From NCBI GenBank assembly GCA_050253075.1, contig JBFWJS010000005.1, forward strand, positions 83,237-147,236: a DNA stretch of 64,000 nt, in the 5' to 3' direction. Under the pieces are notes generated by a model. That model was not told where the DNA came from. It did no database searches and saw only the letters and a list, made by a program, of their open reading frames with translations. Made by a program: the position numbers and the translations under genes. Within the stretch, counting starts at the first letter, position 1; each line of letters begins with the position of its first letter. Of the stretch, positions 1 through 10,652 are shown one piece after another. The stretch comes from Deferribacterales bacterium. Lineage in GTDB: Bacteria; Chrysiogenota; Deferribacteres; Deferribacterales; Geovibrionaceae.

Positions 1-770
1 AGCAGGTTCTTTTCGAACAGTCCCGCTTCCTCGCTATGGGGCAGATGATCAGCGCAATAGAGCACCAGTGGAGACAGCCCCTCAGTGCCCTCGGTATAAA
101 CATCGAAGACCTCGAGGATGCCTATGCATCGAACGAGCTCGACAGCGAATACATCCACGACCTCACCATAGACTCTATGGATCTCATCAAGACCATCTCA
201 AAGACGATGGAAGACCTTAAGACATTCTTCAAAACAAGCCAGGCCACAGAGCCTTTCTATGTTATGAAGCTATTGGGCGAGGTTATGGGGCTTGTATACG
301 CAAGGCTTATGAACAGCGACATATCGTTCCAGATATCCTATACAAAAGACGACTCCACCATCGAAGCACACGACATGGACGTGCTCGGTTTTACTTCAAA
401 GATCACCGATTTTCAGCTTCAGGGAATCCCTGCAGAATTCAAACAGGTGATAATAAACATACTGAACAATGCCGTGGATGCCATCCTTGAAAAGAAATCC
501 GCATCTCTGGACTACTTTCAGGGTGTGATATCACTGGATATAGAAAAGCAGGCAGGAAAAGTGAAGATATTCATCAGAGACAACGGAGTGGGCATCACCC
601 ACGATGCCGTGACGAAAATTTTCGAACCGTACTACAGCACAAAGCAGGAAGGATCGGGAATTGGTCTCTATATGTCCAAGATCATTATAGAAGACCATAT
701 GGCAGGAACTATCAGCGCTTCTCCTCTGCCGAACGGCGCTATTTTCACCATAAACTTACCCATCTGCTGA
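1..770 (+). CDS. Sensor histidine kinase, C-terminal HisKA/HATPase part (5'-truncated by the window edge)
   Basis: Frame is open from the window start (QVLFEQSRFLAMG...). H-box EHQWRQP, N-box NILNNAVDA, DNGVG and GSGIGLY boxes. Confidence 0.9.
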   Translation, partial: QVLFEQSRFLAMGQMISAIEHQWRQPLSALGINIEDLEDAYASNELDSEYIHDLTIDSMDLIKTISKTMEDLKTFFKTSQATEPFYVMKLLGEVMGLVYARLMNSDISFQISYTKDDSTIEAHDMDVLGFTSKITDFQLQGIPAEFKQVIINILNNAVDAILEKKSASLDYFQGVISLDIEKQAGKVKIFIRDNGVGITHDAVTKIFEPYYSTKQEGSGIGLYMSKIIIEDHMAGTISASPLPNGAIFTINLPIC

Positions 771-862
771 TTGATGTAAAAAAGAGGCTTCTAAAATATG
801 TCATTTTTACTATATTTCAAATACAGACAACAGAACGTTATGATTTAATGTGGGTAAAATAG

Positions 863-3574
863 ATGAATAAGCGAATTTCAAATATAACCTTTTTTTCTTC
901 GATAATTATTGCGGCAGTTTTCTGCGCCGTTGTCATATGGAACATGCAGGAACTTCTGTCGAAATTCATAAAGCAGAACAGCACCGAGATCAGAGTTTTC
1001 TACACCGAACAGCAGAAAAACCTTATAAAGAACGAGGTTAACCGTCTGGTCAAAAGGATATATGCCACAAAGGACTCAATAGAAAACAGCACCCTTGAGA
1101 GCATGAAAGAGCAGGTTCGCTCCGCTAATGATTTCATAATAAACATATTATCCAACCATAATCAAAGAAATCAGAAAAAACATATAGAAGAGATGGTCTC
1201 ATCCTTTAACTGGAACCAGAGCTCAGGCTATTTTTATGTGCTCTCCCCCGAGGGTGTGGTGTTATACCACGGAGGGAGCAAAGAGCATGTCGGGCGTAAC
1301 CTTCTGGAGATGCGTAGCAAATACCCTCGCCTGTACACCTTTCTGCAGAATACTGTTAACAAGGGCGAATTCTCCGGCGAATACGACTTCCCCAGACCAA
1401 ACAGCGACGGCACCCTGGAAACAAAGCTCGGATATGCAGTATATAACAAAAGCCTTAACATGGTCATAGGTACAGGCGTATACCGCAAAGACCTCGATAA
1501 AAAAATGCAGGACGAAATACTCGAAACACTGAAAGACGAACGTTTCGGATATATGAACTACGGCTATTTCTGGATATTCAATACTGAATACGACACCATA
1601 TTTCACATAAATAAGGACCTGTATAACGACAACCTCTACAACCTGCAGGACACTCAGGGCAAGTATGTCTTAAGAGAATTCGTAGACATAGCTCTGAATC
1701 AGGGGAAGGGATACACACAGTATTACTGGACCATCCCCGGCCAGGAGGAAGAATCCGAAAAGATATCCTATCTGCGGTATCTGCCCGAATGGAACTGGAT
1801 AGTCGGATCGGGCTTCTACTTTGAAAACTTTAACGAACTGATACAGAAAGAAGAGCAGATAAGCAAAAATGTTCTGGGCGAACAGCTTAAGAACAATGCA
1901 GCCATACTGCTGATATTATTCACTCTGGTGCTGATAATATCTCTGTTCATACGCAAGCGAATCAGACGTATAGAAACAGAGCAGGAGGACTATGTAAACG
2001 ACCTGCTCCAGTATAAAACCGTCATAGGCCAGAGTGCCATCGTCAGCATCACGGACCTAGGCGGCAGGATACTCCACGTGAATGACCAGATGACAAACAT
2101 CACCGGCTTCACAAGTAAAGAGCTGGTCGGCAACAGACACACAAAGCTCGGACACCCGGACAACCCGAAAGCCACATATCAAGACCTCTGGAAAACCATT
2201 ACAAAGGGCGAAGTATGGCGGGGCATCATAAAAAACCTCACTAAGGACGGCGGATATTTTTATCAGAAATCCACCATAATACCTTTCAGAGATAAGACCG
2301 GTAAGATAACAAAATACATCGCAGTCAGCTATGACGTTACAGAAGTTTTTGAGAACAAATCACAGCTGCAGAAATATCTGCACTCCGACCCTCTCACAGA
2401 CTTGAAAAACAGAGCCAGCCTGCTTATGGAGATCAAAAGCTCGAAGTCTGCCGATCTCGCTATCATAGACATAGACGACTTCCATAAGATAAACGAAACC
2501 TACGGTATGAAGGTTGGCGATGAAGTTCTGAAAGTTTTCGCAGGGAGACTCACAGACAACATCCTTCTGAAGCCTTACGACATATACAGACTGCACTCAG
2601 ACGTTTTCGCTGTTTTCTCTCAGCAGAGCGACAAAAATCTCTTTATCATAAACGTTGAAAACGCAGTGAAAGAGACCACAAAAGAGAGCATATGTATTGA
2701 ATCCGGCGAGGTCATCATCTCTACCATAACAGGCTATGCACACGGCTCAGACAACATAATGGCACACGCCGACGCCGCTCTCCAGTTCGCAAAGGCAAAC
2801 AACATAAGCCACTACACATACGACCCGCTGGAGATAGACAACAGCAAGATATACGAGCAGAACATCCGTGTTGTCAAGATGCTCAGCAAAGCCATAGAGG
2901 AAGACAGGGTTATGCCTTTCTTCCAGCCTATCGTAGGTGCAGATAAGCCCAAGTATGAGTGCCTCATGCGTATTATAAACGAAGACGGCAGCGTCGTTTC
3001 GCCTGTCGAGTTCCTCGACGTCAGTAAACAGACACGCTATTACCCCGACCTGACAAAAATAGTGGTGAAAAAGTCCATAGACAGATTCGAAAACGAAGAC
3101 GCAGAGTTCAGCATAAACGTCTCCGCAGAAGACATTCTGAACAATGCCACAATGGACTTCATATACGACTATGCATCTGAAAAAGGCGTTATGAACAGGC
3201 TGATACTAGAGATAGTCGAATCTGAAAGCCTCTCATCGTATTCGTCTGCCACAGCAGTGCTTTACAAGTTTAAGATAGCAGGCGCAAGGATCGCCATAGA
3301 CGACTTCGGCACAGGATACTCAAACTTTGACTACCTGCTGAAGATAAAGGCGGATTTCATCAAAATAGACGGCAGCATTATAAAGCTGATAAACAAAGAC
3401 GAGAGAGCCGTGGACATAGTGCAGTCGATAGTCTCATATGCGAAAAAACTGAAAATGAAGACCATAGCAGAGTTCATCTCAGATGCTTCACTCGCCAAAA
3501 AAGCCGCAGAGCTCGGCGTGGATTATCAGCAGGGCTACCACCACGGTAAACCTGAAAAAGACCTTAGAGCCTAA
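863..3574 (+). CDS. Membrane Cache-PAS-GGDEF(degenerate)-EAL protein, probable c-di-GMP phosphodiesterase
   Basis: Two TM helices flank tandem Cache domains, followed by PAS. GGDEF site reads RLHSDVF; EAL motifs ECLMR and DDFGTGYSN are intact. Confidence 0.9.
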   Translation: MNKRISNITFFSSIIIAAVFCAVVIWNMQELLSKFIKQNSTEIRVFYTEQQKNLIKNEVNRLVKRIYATKDSIENSTLESMKEQVRSANDFIINILSNHNQRNQKKHIEEMVSSFNWNQSSGYFYVLSPEGVVLYHGGSKEHVGRNLLEMRSKYPRLYTFLQNTVNKGEFSGEYDFPRPNSDGTLETKLGYAVYNKSLNMVIGTGVYRKDLDKKMQDEILETLKDERFGYMNYGYFWIFNTEYDTIFHINKDLYNDNLYNLQDTQGKYVLREFVDIALNQGKGYTQYYWTIPGQEEESEKISYLRYLPEWNWIVGSGFYFENFNELIQKEEQISKNVLGEQLKNNAAILLILFTLVLIISLFIRKRIRRIETEQEDYVNDLLQYKTVIGQSAIVSITDLGGRILHVNDQMTNITGFTSKELVGNRHTKLGHPDNPKATYQDLWKTITKGEVWRGIIKNLTKDGGYFYQKSTIIPFRDKTGKITKYIAVSYDVTEVFENKSQLQKYLHSDPLTDLKNRASLLMEIKSSKSADLAIIDIDDFHKINETYGMKVGDEVLKVFAGRLTDNILLKPYDIYRLHSDVFAVFSQQSDKNLFIINVENAVKETTKESICIESGEVIISTITGYAHGSDNIMAHADAALQFAKANNISHYTYDPLEIDNSKIYEQNIRVVKMLSKAIEEDRVMPFFQPIVGADKPKYECLMRIINEDGSVVSPVEFLDVSKQTRYYPDLTKIVVKKSIDRFENEDAEFSINVSAEDILNNATMDFIYDYASEKGVMNRLILEIVESESLSSYSSATAVLYKFKIAGARIAIDDFGTGYSNFDYLLKIKADFIKIDGSIIKLINKDERAVDIVQSIVSYAKKLKMKTIAEFISDASLAKKAAELGVDYQQGYHHGKPEKDLRA

Positions 3575-3589
3575 AAGCATGGGCTGTTG

Positions 3590-4009
3590 TCAGGCTTTTT
3601 CTGCCAGTCCGAGAGTGTTTCCGTCGGGGTCTTTGATATAGAATTCTTTCATACCGTAGAATGTCTCGTGCAGGCCTTTAACAATCTCTGCCTTTCCGTG
3701 CAGTTTATCGAATAGTCCATCCAGGTCAGCAACTTCCAGATACATCATAGAGCTGCCTTTCCTGATATCTTCGGGTTTCATGCTGGATTCCGACTGTATA
3801 CTGTCTGCTGTCTGTATCATAAGGTTTACGCTGTCGTTTGTTATAATGCAGAAGCAGTATTCCACACCGCTCTCAAAGCTGAAAACAGCCTCGTCTGAAC
3901 CTTCGGGAACTGTGAGCAGCAGTTTGAATCCGAAGTTTTCCATATAGAACTCGGTGGTCTTCACCACATTTTCAGATATAAGGATATTAGTGAGCTTATT
4001 TACTTTCAT
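3590..4009 (-). CDS. VOC/glyoxalase-bleomycin resistance family protein
   Basis: FYMENFGF and TFYGMKEFYIKDPDGN motifs. Confidence 0.85.
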   Translation of the reverse strand: MKVNKLTNILISENVVKTTEFYMENFGFKLLLTVPEGSDEAVFSFESGVEYCFCIITNDSVNLMIQTADSIQSESSMKPEDIRKGSSMMYLEVADLDGLFDKLHGKAEIVKGLHETFYGMKEFYIKDPDGNTLGLAEKA

Positions 4010-4069
4010 CGGGCACCCCTAAAAATAAATACTTTGTTAATCTTATTAACCAAATCAGGAAAAGTCAAA

Positions 4070-4288
4070 TCAGTCTTTGTTAATAATTTTTTCGCTTAGG
4101 TATTTTATAATAAGCAGCACTATCGGAGTGCTGTGCATCACAAGGTCGAATATATCTATCGGACGGGTGAGCGTTCCGTCGATCAGCATATTTATCTTTT
4201 CGGTCAGATGTGGTTCAGGAACAAAGGGCGCAAGCCCCAGCACTATCGAAAAAAGTATGAGATATCTGTATTCCAAAGACTTCAGCAA
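4070..4288 (-). CDS. Small conserved membrane protein (72 aa)
   Basis: GLAPFVPEPHL..L..P.DIFDL..H pattern, two hydrophobic segments, GGAG RBS. Confidence 0.75.
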   Translation of the reverse strand: MLKSLEYRYLILFSIVLGLAPFVPEPHLTEKINMLIDGTLTRPIDIFDLVMHSTPIVLLIIKYLSEKIINKD

Positions 4289-4337
4289 CTTAGCTCTCCA
4301 AATGTGAAATTATGTAGAAATCATAGATTTTTTATCC

Positions 4338-4364
4338 TCAAGGTTCAAGCGGAAATGCCGATAT
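4338..4364 (+). promoter_or_regulatory. Sigma28 (FliA)-type promoter
   Basis: TCAA-N15-GCCGATAT versus consensus TAAA-N15-GCCGATAA, upstream of the 4503 ORF. Confidence 0.7.
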
Positions 4365-4502
4365 GCGGATATATAACACCTGACACGGGTGTTGCGAATG
4401 GTGCTTTTTTCGACGCAATCTAAAAGCATTCTTCGAAAACAACGGACGGTATAACGAAGAATATTTCACCCCGAAATCTCTCCGGGTGAAGAGGAGAACA
4501 CA

Positions 4503-5141
4503 ATGTACGTGAGCAATGCTAGCGTTCAGACCATGAATCTGCGCTATAGCTATTCAGACAGTCAGTCTGCGAAGACCAAGGAAGGTCAAACAGCGGCTAA
4601 TTCAGAGAAATCTGAAGAATCTAAAACAGAAAACACTGAAAAATCCACTAATTTTTTAGATGTTTTGTCTGTGATGTCTAAGGACGTATCACCAACAATC
4701 CAGAATATCGATGCGTATATCAAGGACACTGTCACTAAGGTTCTTGAAAAGATCGCCCGTCATGCTTCTGAAACATTTTCAGGACAGTCGGAGTCTTTCT
4801 CTCTCAGTGTGACCAGCATCAGCATCTCCATAGAGCTCGATGCAGGCGAAAGCATTAAAGATGTTCAGTCTCAGCTCAGCTCTATGCTCGGCGACGACGG
4901 ATATTGGGGCGTGGAAAAGACCTCACAGCGCATGTTCGACTTCGCTGTCGGCATAGCAGGGGACGACCCTGTCCAGCTTGAAAAAGCGAGAGACGCCGTG
5001 ACAAAGGGATTCGAACAGGCAGAGGCTATGTGGGGCGGTAAACTGCCTGACATCAGCTACGACACCTATAACGCCACAATGGAAAAGTTTGATAGCTACC
5101 TCAGCAATATCAACAGCTCATTATCAGCAACTTACGCATAA
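4503..5141 (+). CDS. Conserved hypothetical protein (DUF5610-like, GYWGVEKTSQRxFDFA family)
   Basis: Ser/Thr-rich N-terminus, C-terminal DDGYWGVEKTSQRMFDFA...GFEQAE..WGGKLPDISY.TY, GAGGAG RBS. Confidence 0.75.
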   Translation: MYVSNASVQTMNLRYSYSDSQSAKTKEGQTAANSEKSEESKTENTEKSTNFLDVLSVMSKDVSPTIQNIDAYIKDTVTKVLEKIARHASETFSGQSESFSLSVTSISISIELDAGESIKDVQSQLSSMLGDDGYWGVEKTSQRMFDFAVGIAGDDPVQLEKARDAVTKGFEQAEAMWGGKLPDISYDTYNATMEKFDSYLSNINSSLSATYA

Positions 5142-5193
5142 AAAAAAGAACCCAATGCGTTTAAAAGATATGTTGATGCACACACAAGTAACC

Positions 5194-5324
5194 GTCACTC
5201 TGAGGAGCACTAGCGACGTGAGAGTCTCATAATTTTTGATAAGCAGACCTTATAGTCACTGTGACATAGAACCTGATAAGCAAGAGCTTTAGATTCTTAC
5301 GCCTGTGTACAGGCTCAGAATGAC
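5194..5324. repeat. REP/RPE-like palindromic element, complete copy
   Basis: Termini GTCACTCTGAG...CTCAGAATGAC with inner inverted repeats; same architecture as the 14547 and 52366 copies. Confidence 0.75.
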
Positions 5325-5346
5325 AATTAAAAATCTTCTTAAACAA

Positions 5347-5381
5347 AAAATCCCCAGTCTTTATAAAAGATTGGGGATTTT
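5347..5381. terminator. Bidirectional intrinsic terminator
   Basis: AAAATCCCCAGTCTTT/AAAGATTGGGGATTTT hairpin between convergent genes. Confidence 0.75.
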
Positions 5382-5444
5382 GTTATTTAAGGTTTAAAAA
5401 AACATGTTTATCGGAAAGTCAGAGGTTTTACCCCCTTTATCATT

Positions 5445-7007
5445 TCAATTAACTCTATCCAGCATAATACAGATACAGGCTCCCCTGTCGGTGTTTCTGA
5501 CATGTATGTCGCCGTGCATCCTGTCTTTTATAATGAGCTTCGCCATGTAAAGCCCGAGCCCTGTACCCTTGTCGCCCTTTGTGCTGACATAAGGGTCAAA
5601 GATACGGCTCATCACTTCCTCAGGCATACCGCCGCCGTTATCCTCTATACATATACGAATAACACCGTCTATCTCGCTCAGTACTATGTGCACTTCACCC
5701 TTGCTAATCCCCCGTGATTCTATAGCATCACGTGAATTAGTGAGGAAGTTGAGTATAACGTTCTTAAGCTCGTTCTCATAGCCGTGCACTTCTGCTTTTT
5801 TGATCTCTTCGTCGTCATAGAATATTTCGCAGTTCATGCCGTAGTGTCGGAGCTGTGGTCTATACAGCTTCACGACATCCTGCACTACCTTGTCGAGGTT
5901 AAAATCACATTTCTGATTTGATGGTTTAAGAAAGTTTCTGAAATCGTTCATGGTATTAGACATAAAGTCTACCTGAGCGATGACGCTGTCTATGCTCTTA
6001 ATAAGCATGGTACGGTTTTTCTCGTCTACTTCTATCAGTTCGTCCAGCATCTGCACTATCATAGCGATAGAGTTCAGAGGCTGCTGCCACTGATGAGCGA
6101 TAAGGGCGACCATCTCGCCCAGCGTAGCCATCTTAGACTGCTGGATCAGCATCCGCTCCTGATCGATGTGCTTCCGCTCCATCTCACGTATACCTCGCAG
6201 ATCATTGAGGAAGACGAATATCTTCTCCCCTTCGTGCCCGATGACCATCTCGAAGTTTACGAGAACGTCTATCTTCTCGCCGTTCTTCCCCTTAACACGA
6301 TAATCCACGGAGTTGATCCTGCCGGCGCTGTTGATGAATTTAGCAAACATCTTGCTCGCACCGAGCACATCATCTTCAAAGAGAAGATTTACACTGTGCA
6401 TCTTTGTCATCTCTTCGCTGGTATAGCCAAAGAGGTTAAGTGCGCTGGTGTTATAGTCTGTGATGTATCCTTTCAGATTAAGTACGATAATGGCGATCTT
6501 AGCGTTTGAAAAAATAGTTTCAAAGGCCTGTGTATTGACATTCTTGGCAATCTCGGCCTCTTTCATGCGGGTGATGTCTCTGAAAACTCCGGAGACGCTC
6601 CCCTCTATGGTGTTTGCAGGGTGGTCGATGATGACCTCTATATGCTTATCCCGCTTACTACTCCCTCTGTAGATGAACTGAATGTCGTAATCATCACCTT
6701 CAGAGATGTTAGCGATGGCATCGCAAAACTGGTTATTATGCCCCTGACGTATGTTTTTACAGAAATCTTCTATCTCGAAAACATTCTCGCCGTCTTCAAT
6801 GCCAAGACAGGCGCATGCTTCGTCGGAAAGTACAATGAGTTTGTCCTCTGGGAGATACTCGAATGAACCGATACCGGCAAGGAGCTGGGCACGCTGAAGC
6901 CTGTCACGGCTCCTCTGCATGTCCTTCATCGCAAGGCTGAGACTGTCACCCTCGTAATCCCGATTTTTTGAAACAAAATCCTCGTTTGTATCTCTCATGT
7001 CCACCAT
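5445..7007 (-). CDS. Cytoplasmic PAS-PAS sensor histidine kinase (orphan)
   Basis: PAS domains, AHQWQQP H-box, DNGGG, GTGLGLY. Confidence 0.9.
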   Translation of the reverse strand: MVDMRDTNEDFVSKNRDYEGDSLSLAMKDMQRSRDRLQRAQLLAGIGSFEYLPEDKLIVLSDEACACLGIEDGENVFEIEDFCKNIRQGHNNQFCDAIANISEGDDYDIQFIYRGSSKRDKHIEVIIDHPANTIEGSVSGVFRDITRMKEAEIAKNVNTQAFETIFSNAKIAIIVLNLKGYITDYNTSALNLFGYTSEEMTKMHSVNLLFEDDVLGASKMFAKFINSAGRINSVDYRVKGKNGEKIDVLVNFEMVIGHEGEKIFVFLNDLRGIREMERKHIDQERMLIQQSKMATLGEMVALIAHQWQQPLNSIAMIVQMLDELIEVDEKNRTMLIKSIDSVIAQVDFMSNTMNDFRNFLKPSNQKCDFNLDKVVQDVVKLYRPQLRHYGMNCEIFYDDEEIKKAEVHGYENELKNVILNFLTNSRDAIESRGISKGEVHIVLSEIDGVIRICIEDNGGGMPEEVMSRIFDPYVSTKGDKGTGLGLYMAKLIIKDRMHGDIHVRNTDRGACICIMLDRVN

Positions 7008-7043
7008 TATATCAACATAAAATCTGTATTGTAATCACAAAAT

Positions 7044-7307
7044 TCACGGTTTGATGCCGAAAATGGCAAAACCTGCAAAAATGCCCGCAGGCAGAGGCTT
7101 TTGCCAAAGTAAAAAAGTGATAACAAAAAAGAAAACGCCGATAAACGTAAGCACAAAGCCCACACGTTTGAAAGCGGCATCCCTCGCCTCGTCTTTCACA
7201 TCTTTAAAATACTTTTCCATAGCAAAGGTTTCCACCCGTATGTAAAAGTATCCGCCGAGTATCATCCCCGCAAGAAACAGCAGTATCGTATCAGTGTTTA
7301 ATTCCAT
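7044..7307 (-). CDS. Small membrane protein at the end of the nqr operon
   Basis: Start re-called to MELNTDT (7307), overlapping the nqrM-like stop; three hydrophobic segments. Confidence 0.6.
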   Translation of the reverse strand: MELNTDTILLFLAGMILGGYFYIRVETFAMEKYFKDVKDEARDAAFKRVGFVLTFIGVFFFVITFLLWQKPLPAGIFAGFAIFGIKP

Positions 7308-7452
7308 CGGATTCCTTATTATCGCAAACCTGCCCTGTCTGACAGTGCCCCTGTCCACAAGCGCAGGAGCTCTTTTTTTTGCTCTTTGTCAGTATAAACA
7401 TGAAAAAGCCTATCAGCACAAAGCATATCGCAAACAGTAAAAGATACTGCAT
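7291..7452 (-). CDS. nqrM: NqrM-like Na+-NQR maturation protein
   Basis: ATG just after the nqrF stop; one TM helix followed by SCACGQGHCQTGQVC (4 Cys). Confidence 0.6.
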   Translation of the reverse strand: MQYLLLFAICFVLIGFFMFILTKSKKKSSCACGQGHCQTGQVCDNKESDGIKH

Positions 7453-7453
7453 C

Positions 7454-8665
7454 CTAACCGCCGAAATCGTCGAGATAAATATTGTCAGGCTCCACACCGA
7501 GGCTGTCCAGCATGGTCTTCACCGCGCCGATCATCATCGGAGGTCCGCAGAGGTAATATTCTATCTCTTCGGGGGCTTCGTGGTTCTTCAGATAGTTGTC
7601 CAGAACTACCTTATGAATAAATCCTGTATAGCCTGTCCAGTTGTCCTCGGGGAGAGGGTCTGAAAGGGCAATGTGCCAGCTGAAGTTTTCGAATTCTTTC
7701 TCCAGTGCCTCGAAATCCTCGAGGTAAAAGAGCTCCTTCTTGCTCCTTCCGCCGTACCAATAGCTTATCTTACGGTCTGCGCCCAGCCTCTTTAGCTGGT
7801 CGAATATTATCGAACGGAGCGGAGCCATACCAGCACCGCCGCCGATGAATACCATCTCGTTCTTTGTATCCTGAGCAAAGAATTCACCGAAAGGTCCCGT
7901 GATTGTGACCTTATCGCCGGGCTTCCTCGACCATATGTATGAGGAGCCTATGCCCGGGGGTACGTTTTTGTTCGGAGGCGGAGTGGCAATCCTAACGTTC
8001 AGCTTCACTATCCCCTCTTCCTCTGGGTAGTTCGCCATGGAGTATGCTCTCTGCACGCCCTCTTTCGTTCCTGCGTGATATCTGAAAACGCCGAACTTCT
8101 CCCACTCGGGGACAAAGCGTTCCTCGACATCGATATCTTTATAGTCCGCCTCGTATGGAGGCACGACGACCTGTATGTATCCGCCCGCTCTGAAATCCAC
8201 CTTTTCAGGCACTTTCAGCACGAATTCCTTAATGAATGTCGCAACATTTCTGTTGGATACGACTTCACAGTCGAAGCTCTTCGCAGCGAAAACCTCAGGC
8301 TCAAGCTCGATCTTCATATCCTGTTTCACCGCTGTCTGGCAGGAGAGTCTCCAGCCTTCACGCTCTTCACGTCGGCTGATGTGTGATTTCTCCGTAGGGA
8401 GTATCTCACCGCCCCCCTCGTGCACCTGCACACGGCACTGTCCGCAAGAACCGCCGCCCCCGCAGGCAGATGAAACAAATATCTCGTTATCGGCTAGAAC
8501 ATTAAGGAGCTTCCCGCCGACACCTGTCACTATATCTTTCTCATGATTGATATTTACAGTCACGGTTCCACTGGCGACCAGTGCTTTTCTGGCATTTACG
8601 ATTATACCGACCAGAAGGATTATCACCGCAGTGAATGCAATTACGCCAAGTATAAGCAGCATCAT
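7454..8665 (-). CDS. nqrF: Na+-translocating NADH:quinone oxidoreductase subunit F
   Basis: [12 protein letters not shown] 2Fe-2S motif, [16 protein letters not shown]-terminal DDFGG. Confidence 0.97.
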   Translation of the reverse strand: MMLLILGVIAFTAVIILLVGIIVNARKALVASGTVTVNINHEKDIVTGVGGKLLNVLADNEIFVSSACGGGGSCGQCRVQVHEGGGEILPTEKSHISRREEREGWRLSCQTAVKQDMKIELEPEVFAAKSFDCEVVSNRNVATFIKEFVLKVPEKVDFRAGGYIQVVVPPYEADYKDIDVEERFVPEWEKFGVFRYHAGTKEGVQRAYSMANYPEEEGIVKLNVRIATPPPNKNVPPGIGSSYIWSRKPGDKVTITGPFGEFFAQDTKNEMVFIGGGAGMAPLRSIIFDQLKRLGADRKISYWYGGRSKKELFYLEDFEALEKEFENFSWHIALSDPLPEDNWTGYTGFIHKVVLDNYLKNHEAPEEIEYYLCGPPMMIGAVKTMLDSLGVEPDNIYLDDFGG

Positions 8666-9273
8666 AATTGTATCCCCGAGAATATCATGAAGGATATCGC
8701 CATGATCCCCGCCACGATGAATGTTATTCCTGCGCCGTCCAGCCCTTTAGGAACAGATGCATATTTCAGCTTTTCCCTTAAACCTGCCATAGCGACTATG
8801 GCAAGTGCCCAGCCGACCCCCGAGCCCATGCCGAAGACGACAGACTCGCCGAAGTTGTATTCACGCTGAACCATAAAGAGCGAACCGCCGAGTATCGCAC
8901 AGTTCACCGTTATCAGCGGAAGGAAAATACCGAGGGCGTTATAAAGCGAAGGTACGTATTTATCCAGCGCCATCTCCAGTATCTGAACGATGGCAGCGAT
9001 AACGCCTATGTATGTGACAAGACCGATGAAGGTCAGGTCCACATTGCCGAGACCAGCCCATGCGAGAGCTCCGTCTTTCAGCAGGTGTGTGTATATCACG
9101 TTGTTCACCGGCACAGTGATTGTCTGCACCACAACAACCGCAACCCCCAGCCCGAAGGCCGTTTCCACCTTTTTGGAAACAGCGAGGAATGTACACATCC
9201 CCAGAAAGAATGAGAGCGCCATGTTTTCTATAAATACTGCCTTTATAAACAGTGCAAGGTATGACTCAAACAT
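8662..9273 (-). CDS. nqrE: Na+-NQR subunit E
   Basis: [29 protein letters not shown]. Confidence 0.97.
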   Translation of the reverse strand: MFESYLALFIKAVFIENMALSFFLGMCTFLAVSKKVETAFGLGVAVVVVQTITVPVNNVIYTHLLKDGALAWAGLGNVDLTFIGLVTYIGVIAAIVQILEMALDKYVPSLYNALGIFLPLITVNCAILGGSLFMVQREYNFGESVVFGMGSGVGWALAIVAMAGLREKLKYASVPKGLDGAGITFIVAGIMAISFMIFSGIQL

Positions 9274-9274
9274 A

Positions 9275-9901
9275 TCAAGCCTCCTCCTTTACCACTGTCA
9301 GCTTCGCAGCCCAGATTATCACTCCGATGAGGAAAAATGCACTAGGCGCAAGCAGGAAGAGACCGTTTGGTGTGTACCAGCCTCCTTCCGTAACAGGCTT
9401 AAGTATTGTAAATCCGAGTATCTTGCCGGAGCCGATCAGCTCCCTTACTATCGCCACCTGAATGAGAACAATGCTGTATCCCGCCGCATTCCCCACACCG
9501 TCGAGGAAGCTCTTCACCGGTGTGTTTGTAACGGCGAATGCCTCCGCACGTCCGAGCAGGATGCAGTTTGTGATGATCAGCCCTACGAAGACGGAGAGCT
9601 GTTTGCTTATCTCAAACATGTATGCCTTTATTATCTGATCCGCAATGATAACGAGTGTGGCTATCACCGTCATCTCAATGATAAGCCTGATGCTCGAAGG
9701 CATCATCTTCCGTATCAGAGAGATAAAGAAGTTCGACAGCCCGAGGATGCATATCACCGATATGGACATAACGAGCGTCGTCTGCATCTTCGAAGTGACC
9801 GCCAGAGCGGAACATATCCCTAGTATCTGTATAGCTATGGGGTTGTTTTTAAATATTGGCTCGAATAGGATCTTGCCGTAGCCTGCTGCCATATCAAGCA
9901 C
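9275..9901 (-). CDS. nqrD: Na+-NQR subunit D
   Basis: [35 protein letters not shown]. Confidence 0.97.
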   Translation of the reverse strand: MLDMAAGYGKILFEPIFKNNPIAIQILGICSALAVTSKMQTTLVMSISVICILGLSNFFISLIRKMMPSSIRLIIEMTVIATLVIIADQIIKAYMFEISKQLSVFVGLIITNCILLGRAEAFAVTNTPVKSFLDGVGNAAGYSIVLIQVAIVRELIGSGKILGFTILKPVTEGGWYTPNGLFLLAPSAFFLIGVIIWAAKLTVVKEEA

Positions 9902-10652
9902 CCCCCTTCTTCATTTTTTCAAAGTATTTGCCGAACGCATCCTCGCCCAGCCAGAAACGTATAACGCCCTGCACGCCTCGGCTGGTCAGTGTGGCACCGC
10001 TGAGTGAATCCACCTGATGCACGCCCTTCGCACCCCCCTTCACAATGGAGATGGCGACACTGCCGTCGCTTGCGTATATTTCCTTGCCCGGCCATTTTGC
10101 CTTCCACAGCGGATTGTCTATCTCACCGCCGAGTCCCGGTGTTTCACCGTGCTCGTAGAATGTGATACCGCTGACGGTGTTCATATCGGGCTCCACAGCG
10201 AGGAATCCGTACATAGTAGACCAAAGCCCCGAGCCGTATATCGGCAGGATGACCTTGCTCACGTTACCTTCACCGTCCTTTACAAGGAAGAGAGGAACCT
10301 TCGCAGGGATGCTCTTTATGGAAGCCTTATCCTGCGCCTGTGTCAGCTTTATGGATGTAGGCCCCGTGGAGAGCTTTTTAAAGTTGTTAAAATAGGCGGT
10401 CAGATCGCCGTCTGTCACATCGCCGGTCTTCATATCCACAAAGATTATGTCGATGGACTCAAAGACCTGTTCCACATCAGTGCCGTCTTTCATAAGACCG
10501 CCCGCAATGAGGACATTCTTTTTACGCTCCAGCTCCTTATTCTTATCCTGTTTCGGTTTCAGCATCACGGCAGCACCCGAAACCAGAAAGGAGCAGATAA
10601 CAGCTAAAACGAAAGCTGTGATAAAAGTCCGAAGATCACTTTCACGCTGCAC
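9894..10652 (-). CDS. nqrC: Na+-NQR subunit C
   Basis: [17 protein letters not shown]-attachment motif SGATLTS. Confidence 0.97.
   Translation of the reverse strand: MQRESDLRTFITAFVLAVICSFLVSGAAVMLKPKQDKNKELERKKNVLIAGGLMKDGTDVEQVFESIDIIFVDMKTGDVTDGDLTAYFNNFKKLSTGPTSIKLTQAQDKASIKSIPAKVPLFLVKDGEGNVSKVILPIYGSGLWSTMYGFLAVEPDMNTVSGITFYEHGETPGLGGEIDNPLWKAKWPGKEIYASDGSVAISIVKGGAKGVHQVDSLSGATLTSRGVQGVIRFWLGEDAFGKYFEKMKKGGA

Noticed and set aside
4372..4502. Known riboswitch (e.g. c-di-GMP-I) in the leader
   Set aside because: I could not match the conserved motifs of known classes; reported only as a structured leader.
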